The translations under genes and the position numbers were made by a program. DNA of 64,000 nt, from assembly GCF_023055435.1 (NCBI RefSeq), contig NW_025963780.1:33604001-33668000 (forward strand). The letters run 5' to 3'. The notes under the pieces are model-generated. The model did no database searches. It was not told the origin of the DNA and saw nothing but the letters and a program-made list of their open reading frames with translations. Origin of the DNA: Haliotis rufescens. Its lineage: Eukaryota. Positions 60,625 through 64,000 of the stretch are shown here, piece by piece; position 1 is the first letter of the stretch; each line of letters begins with the position of its first letter.

Positions 60625-61675
60625 GCACCTGTAATGACAAACCCCCGCACCTGTAATGACAAACCCCCACACTTGTAATGACAAACACCCACACCTGTAA
60701 AGACAAACACCCACACCTGTAATGACAAACCCCCACACCTGTAATAACAAAACACCCAGACCTGTAAAGACAAACCTTCATACCTGTAATGACTAACCCC
60801 CACACCTGCAATGACAAACCCCCACACCTGTAATGACAAACCCCCACACCTGTAATGACAAACCCCCACACCCGTAAAGACAAACCTTCATACCTGTAAT
60901 GAAAACCCCAACACCTGCAATGACAAACAACCCCACCTGCAATGACTAACCCCCACACCTGTAATGACAAACACCCACATCTGTAATGACAAACCCCCAC
61001 ATCTGTAATAACAAAACACCCACACCTGTAAAGACAAACCTTCATACCTGTAATGACTAACCCCCACACCTGCAATTACAAACCCCCACACCTGTAATGA
61101 CAAACCCCCACACCTGTAATGACAAACCCCCACACCCGTAAAGACAAACCTTCATACCTATAATGAAAACCCCAACACCTGCAATGACAAACACCCACAC
61201 CTGCAATGACAAACACCCACACCTGCAATGACTAACCCCCACATCTGTAATGACAAACCCCCACACCTGTAATAACAAAACACCCACACCTGTAAAGACA
61301 AACCTTCATACCTGTAATGACTAACCCCCACACCTGCAATTACAAACCCCCACACCTGTAATGACAAACCCCCACACCTGTAATGACAAACCCCCACACC
61401 CGTAGGGACAAACCTTCATACCTATAATGAAAACCCCCACACCTGCAATGACAAACACCCACACCTGTAATGACTAACCCCCACACCTGCAATGACAAAC
61501 CCCCACACCTGTAATGACAAACCCCCACACTTTTAATGACAAACCCCCACACCTGTAATGACAAACCCCCACACCTGTAAAGACAAACCTTCATACCTGT
61601 AATGAAAACCCCCACACCTGCAATGACAAACCCCCACACCTGCAATGACAAACCCCCACACCTGCAATGACAAAC
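60625..61675. repeat. 22-bp minisatellite with 264-bp higher-order repeat
   Basis: CACCTGTAATGACAAACCCCCA; variant pattern recurs every 264 bp. Confidence 0.95.
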
Positions 61676-61773
61676 CTAAACCTGTATTGCGTAGACGTAC
61701 CTCAGCAATGAAATTTCATTTGTTTTTTTTATTATTACACTCAGGTTTTTCCATCGTCGTCGTCAGGGCATTC

Positions 61774-62164
61774 ATGTTCATCCTCAAAATGCTATCAAGT
61801 TTTCGACGCAGACGTGGCGTGTACTTTCTGACAGTTGTGTTGCTGTGGGTTGGAGTGACTTATCTGATGTGGACACACCTGGATGGTGAAGGATCGTCCT
61901 GGCCGAGGATCAGGGGAGACTTCTTTCCAAGGGAGGAATACAGAATAGCGACAGGAAGGGTGGGTCCCGCAAAGCGTCACGGGGACAACAAAGTGCACAA
62001 GGCGTATTCGTCCAAGAAAGCCGGAGTAGGCGACGTTGAGAGGAACGTTAAAGATGACGCCGGCAACGCTACGGTTGTGTTCAGAGGTGACTTGCCTCCT
62101 GAACCCATGCCTAATGAACCAGACTTTGATGTTGTGCGACAACTTTTCAATATTACAAATGCTG
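61774..62164 (+). CDS. GALNT: Polypeptide N-acetylgalactosaminyltransferase (GALNT family), first coding exon: basic tail, type II TM anchor, stem
   Basis: Acceptor CACTCAG| at 61744; ATG at 61774 or 61789; FRRRRGVYFLTVVLLWVGVTYLMW signal anchor; donor G|GTACGT. Confidence 0.8.
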
Positions 62165-62913
62165 GTACGTCACAGTCTGTCAACACAAGATCACATCACC
62201 ATTATTACTTGTTTTTCTTGTCTTCTTTCAATCCCAACTAAAGGCTAAGGATTGTCTGGTCAAGACATGATTATTTACAGACCGTCGTCATATAGCTTGA
62301 ATAATGCTGCTGGAATAATGCAACAATAAACAGGCCACTACATCGCCCATCGTCCAGTTTCCACCCTTGCCGAACTAGGCTGGAATTTCCAGGCTCGATC
62401 GTAGCGCCACCAGTGGCTATTAAGAGTTATGTCCCCTCTATTGGCTTCAAACAAAATGGCGGCGCCCGGTCAAGACGATCTGAACGAAAATGTACATCGC
62501 CAAGGAAATTAAACTTGATGTTGCCGACAGATATTTCCATTTGGAGTATACATTCAACTATTTCATTATGGACATCATCATTAAAGATGACATATCAATC
62601 CTAATGAACATCTGGCGTCCCCCGTCGTCATATTGCAGCATTGCTAAAACCCGCGTAAAACCTCTGTCACTCACTCACTCACTCACCTACCCTCTGCACT
62701 TGGTTATATGAAAATCACTGTGTGTGAGATCAGCTGGAAAAAAAAGTTTTATCACCATTTCTACGAGCTAGAGGTAGGAGCTTGATTTTTTAATAACTTA
62801 GATTTAAATGGTCATTTAACGTTATACCATACCCCCGAGGCAAGGGAGTTAACTGACTTTAAAAGTCCAGTTTCCAGATGACGTTATACTTATGGAACAT
62901 TTATATCTTGTAG

Positions 62914-63067
62914 GCGATGGCGGTAAAGCGTTTAAAATAGACCCTCAAAGGTTACCCCCAGAGGAGCAAATGAAGTATGAAACTGCCTTCAGAAAGAACG
63001 CCATGAATGAATACGTCAGCAACATCATCGGCGTGAGACGGAGACTGAGAGATCCAAGATTGGAGGG
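62914..63067 (+). CDS. GALNT: GALNT exon (stem end/start of catalytic domain)
   Basis: GDGGKAFKIDPQRLPPEEQMKYETAFRKNAMNEYVSNIIGVRRRLRDPRLEG fits the GALNT G-E-x-G ... N-x-F-N-x-x-x-S-D-x-I ... R-x-L-P-D-x-R pattern; TTGTAG| acceptor, GG|GTAAG donor. Confidence 0.9.
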
Positions 63068-63776
63068 GTAAGGGGTCCAGATGATTGGTTTGGAAGGTTG
63101 ATTTACGGATACGGGGTTCACAGAAGCACGGTTTACAAATGACTTTTTCACATACGGTGTTTCATATTACGTATCCATGGTTGTAGATAACATATTTACA
63201 AATAAATGTTTTAATGGATTCACGATTCGATTAATTTCCAGATAGATGGGTTTAGTATTTTTCCAGCCGCACAATATTCTTTTTATAAAATTACATCATC
63301 CAAAACCTAAGGTCAAATTAATTTGTGCTTGTCTTTGCCCGGGAACTCTTCATTTTATTGTCGCCATTACATACATGTAGTTGGAAGACGAATTACGGCG
63401 TTAAACACTCACTCACGAACGAACGAACGAACGAACGACCCGTGAAGATCCGAATTAGAATCAGCAACCCATGCTTGTCATAAGAGGCGACTATGCTTGT
63501 CGTAAGAGGCGACTATCGGGATCGTGTGGTAAGACTCGCTGACTTGGTTTATGCATGTCATCGTATCCCAATTGCGTGGATCGATGCTCATGATGTCAGT
63601 CCCTGGATTGTCTGGTTAACACTCTATTATTTACAGACCGCCGTCATATAGCTGGAGTATTGCCGAGTGCGGCGTTTACAACAAACAAACAAACAAACAC
63701 TGTCATTCATTGCTTCAGAAATGTTCATGTATATACATGTCTTCGGTGCAATAATATATTTACTCACACAATGCAG

Positions 63777-63943
63777 CTGTGCCGAGCGTTACTCCTCCGC
63801 CGGTCTCCCCCAGACCAGCATCATCATCTGTTTCGTCAACGAGGCGTGGTCAACGTTGCTAAGGCTGGTTCACAGTATCCATGACAACACCACGCCGCAC
63901 CTGGTGAAGGAGGTGATCCTCGTCGACGATGGCTCGTCATGGG
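63777..63943 (+). CDS. GALNT: GALNT exon (GT-A domain start); gene continues beyond the window
   Basis: [53 protein letters not shown], the hallmark GALNT [19 protein letters not shown]...EIILVDD motif. Confidence 0.95.
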
Positions 63944-64000
63944 GTAGGTGCGCTGTTCGTGACAGGCAATGGTGGTTATGTGTGTGCGTGTGTGTGTGCG

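Noticed and set aside
62400-62418. CTCF-like motif AGCGCCACCAGTGGC
   Set aside because: One base short of consensus and adjacent to a dispersed repeat also seen near 32990-33430.

Overview
Eukaryotic, intron-rich, repeat-dense invertebrate DNA. The SINE complement suggests a marine mollusc, possibly a gastropod such as abalone (inference). It has one 155-N assembly gap (19506-19660). Two protein genes are supported, both on the + strand. The first is a complete 8-exon wolframin (WFS1) orthologue: candidate non-coding exon 1 near 22700-22755, ATG at 24504, stop at 45030, about 1150 aa. It carries an unusual ~380-aa N-terminal extension of six (R/K)WG repeats plus a PEPK-repeat exon. The second is the first three coding exons of a polypeptide GalNAc-transferase (GALNT family), which runs off the right end. 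The first ~16 kb is a diverged ~7-kb tandem duplication with internal inversions and decayed, unidentified coding-like blocks. The rest is SINEs (four families), MITEs, a truncated I-group LINE and at least nine minisatellites. The most striking signal is five Penelope-like-element (PLE) fragments, each with a minimal hammerhead-ribozyme motif showing C3-G8/U3-A8 covariation. Three are TSD-flanked fold-back elements (two inside WFS1 introns), and in one the 5' half of the hammerhead has expanded into a 31-bp minisatellite. All coordinates and alignments were read by eye; no searches were run.
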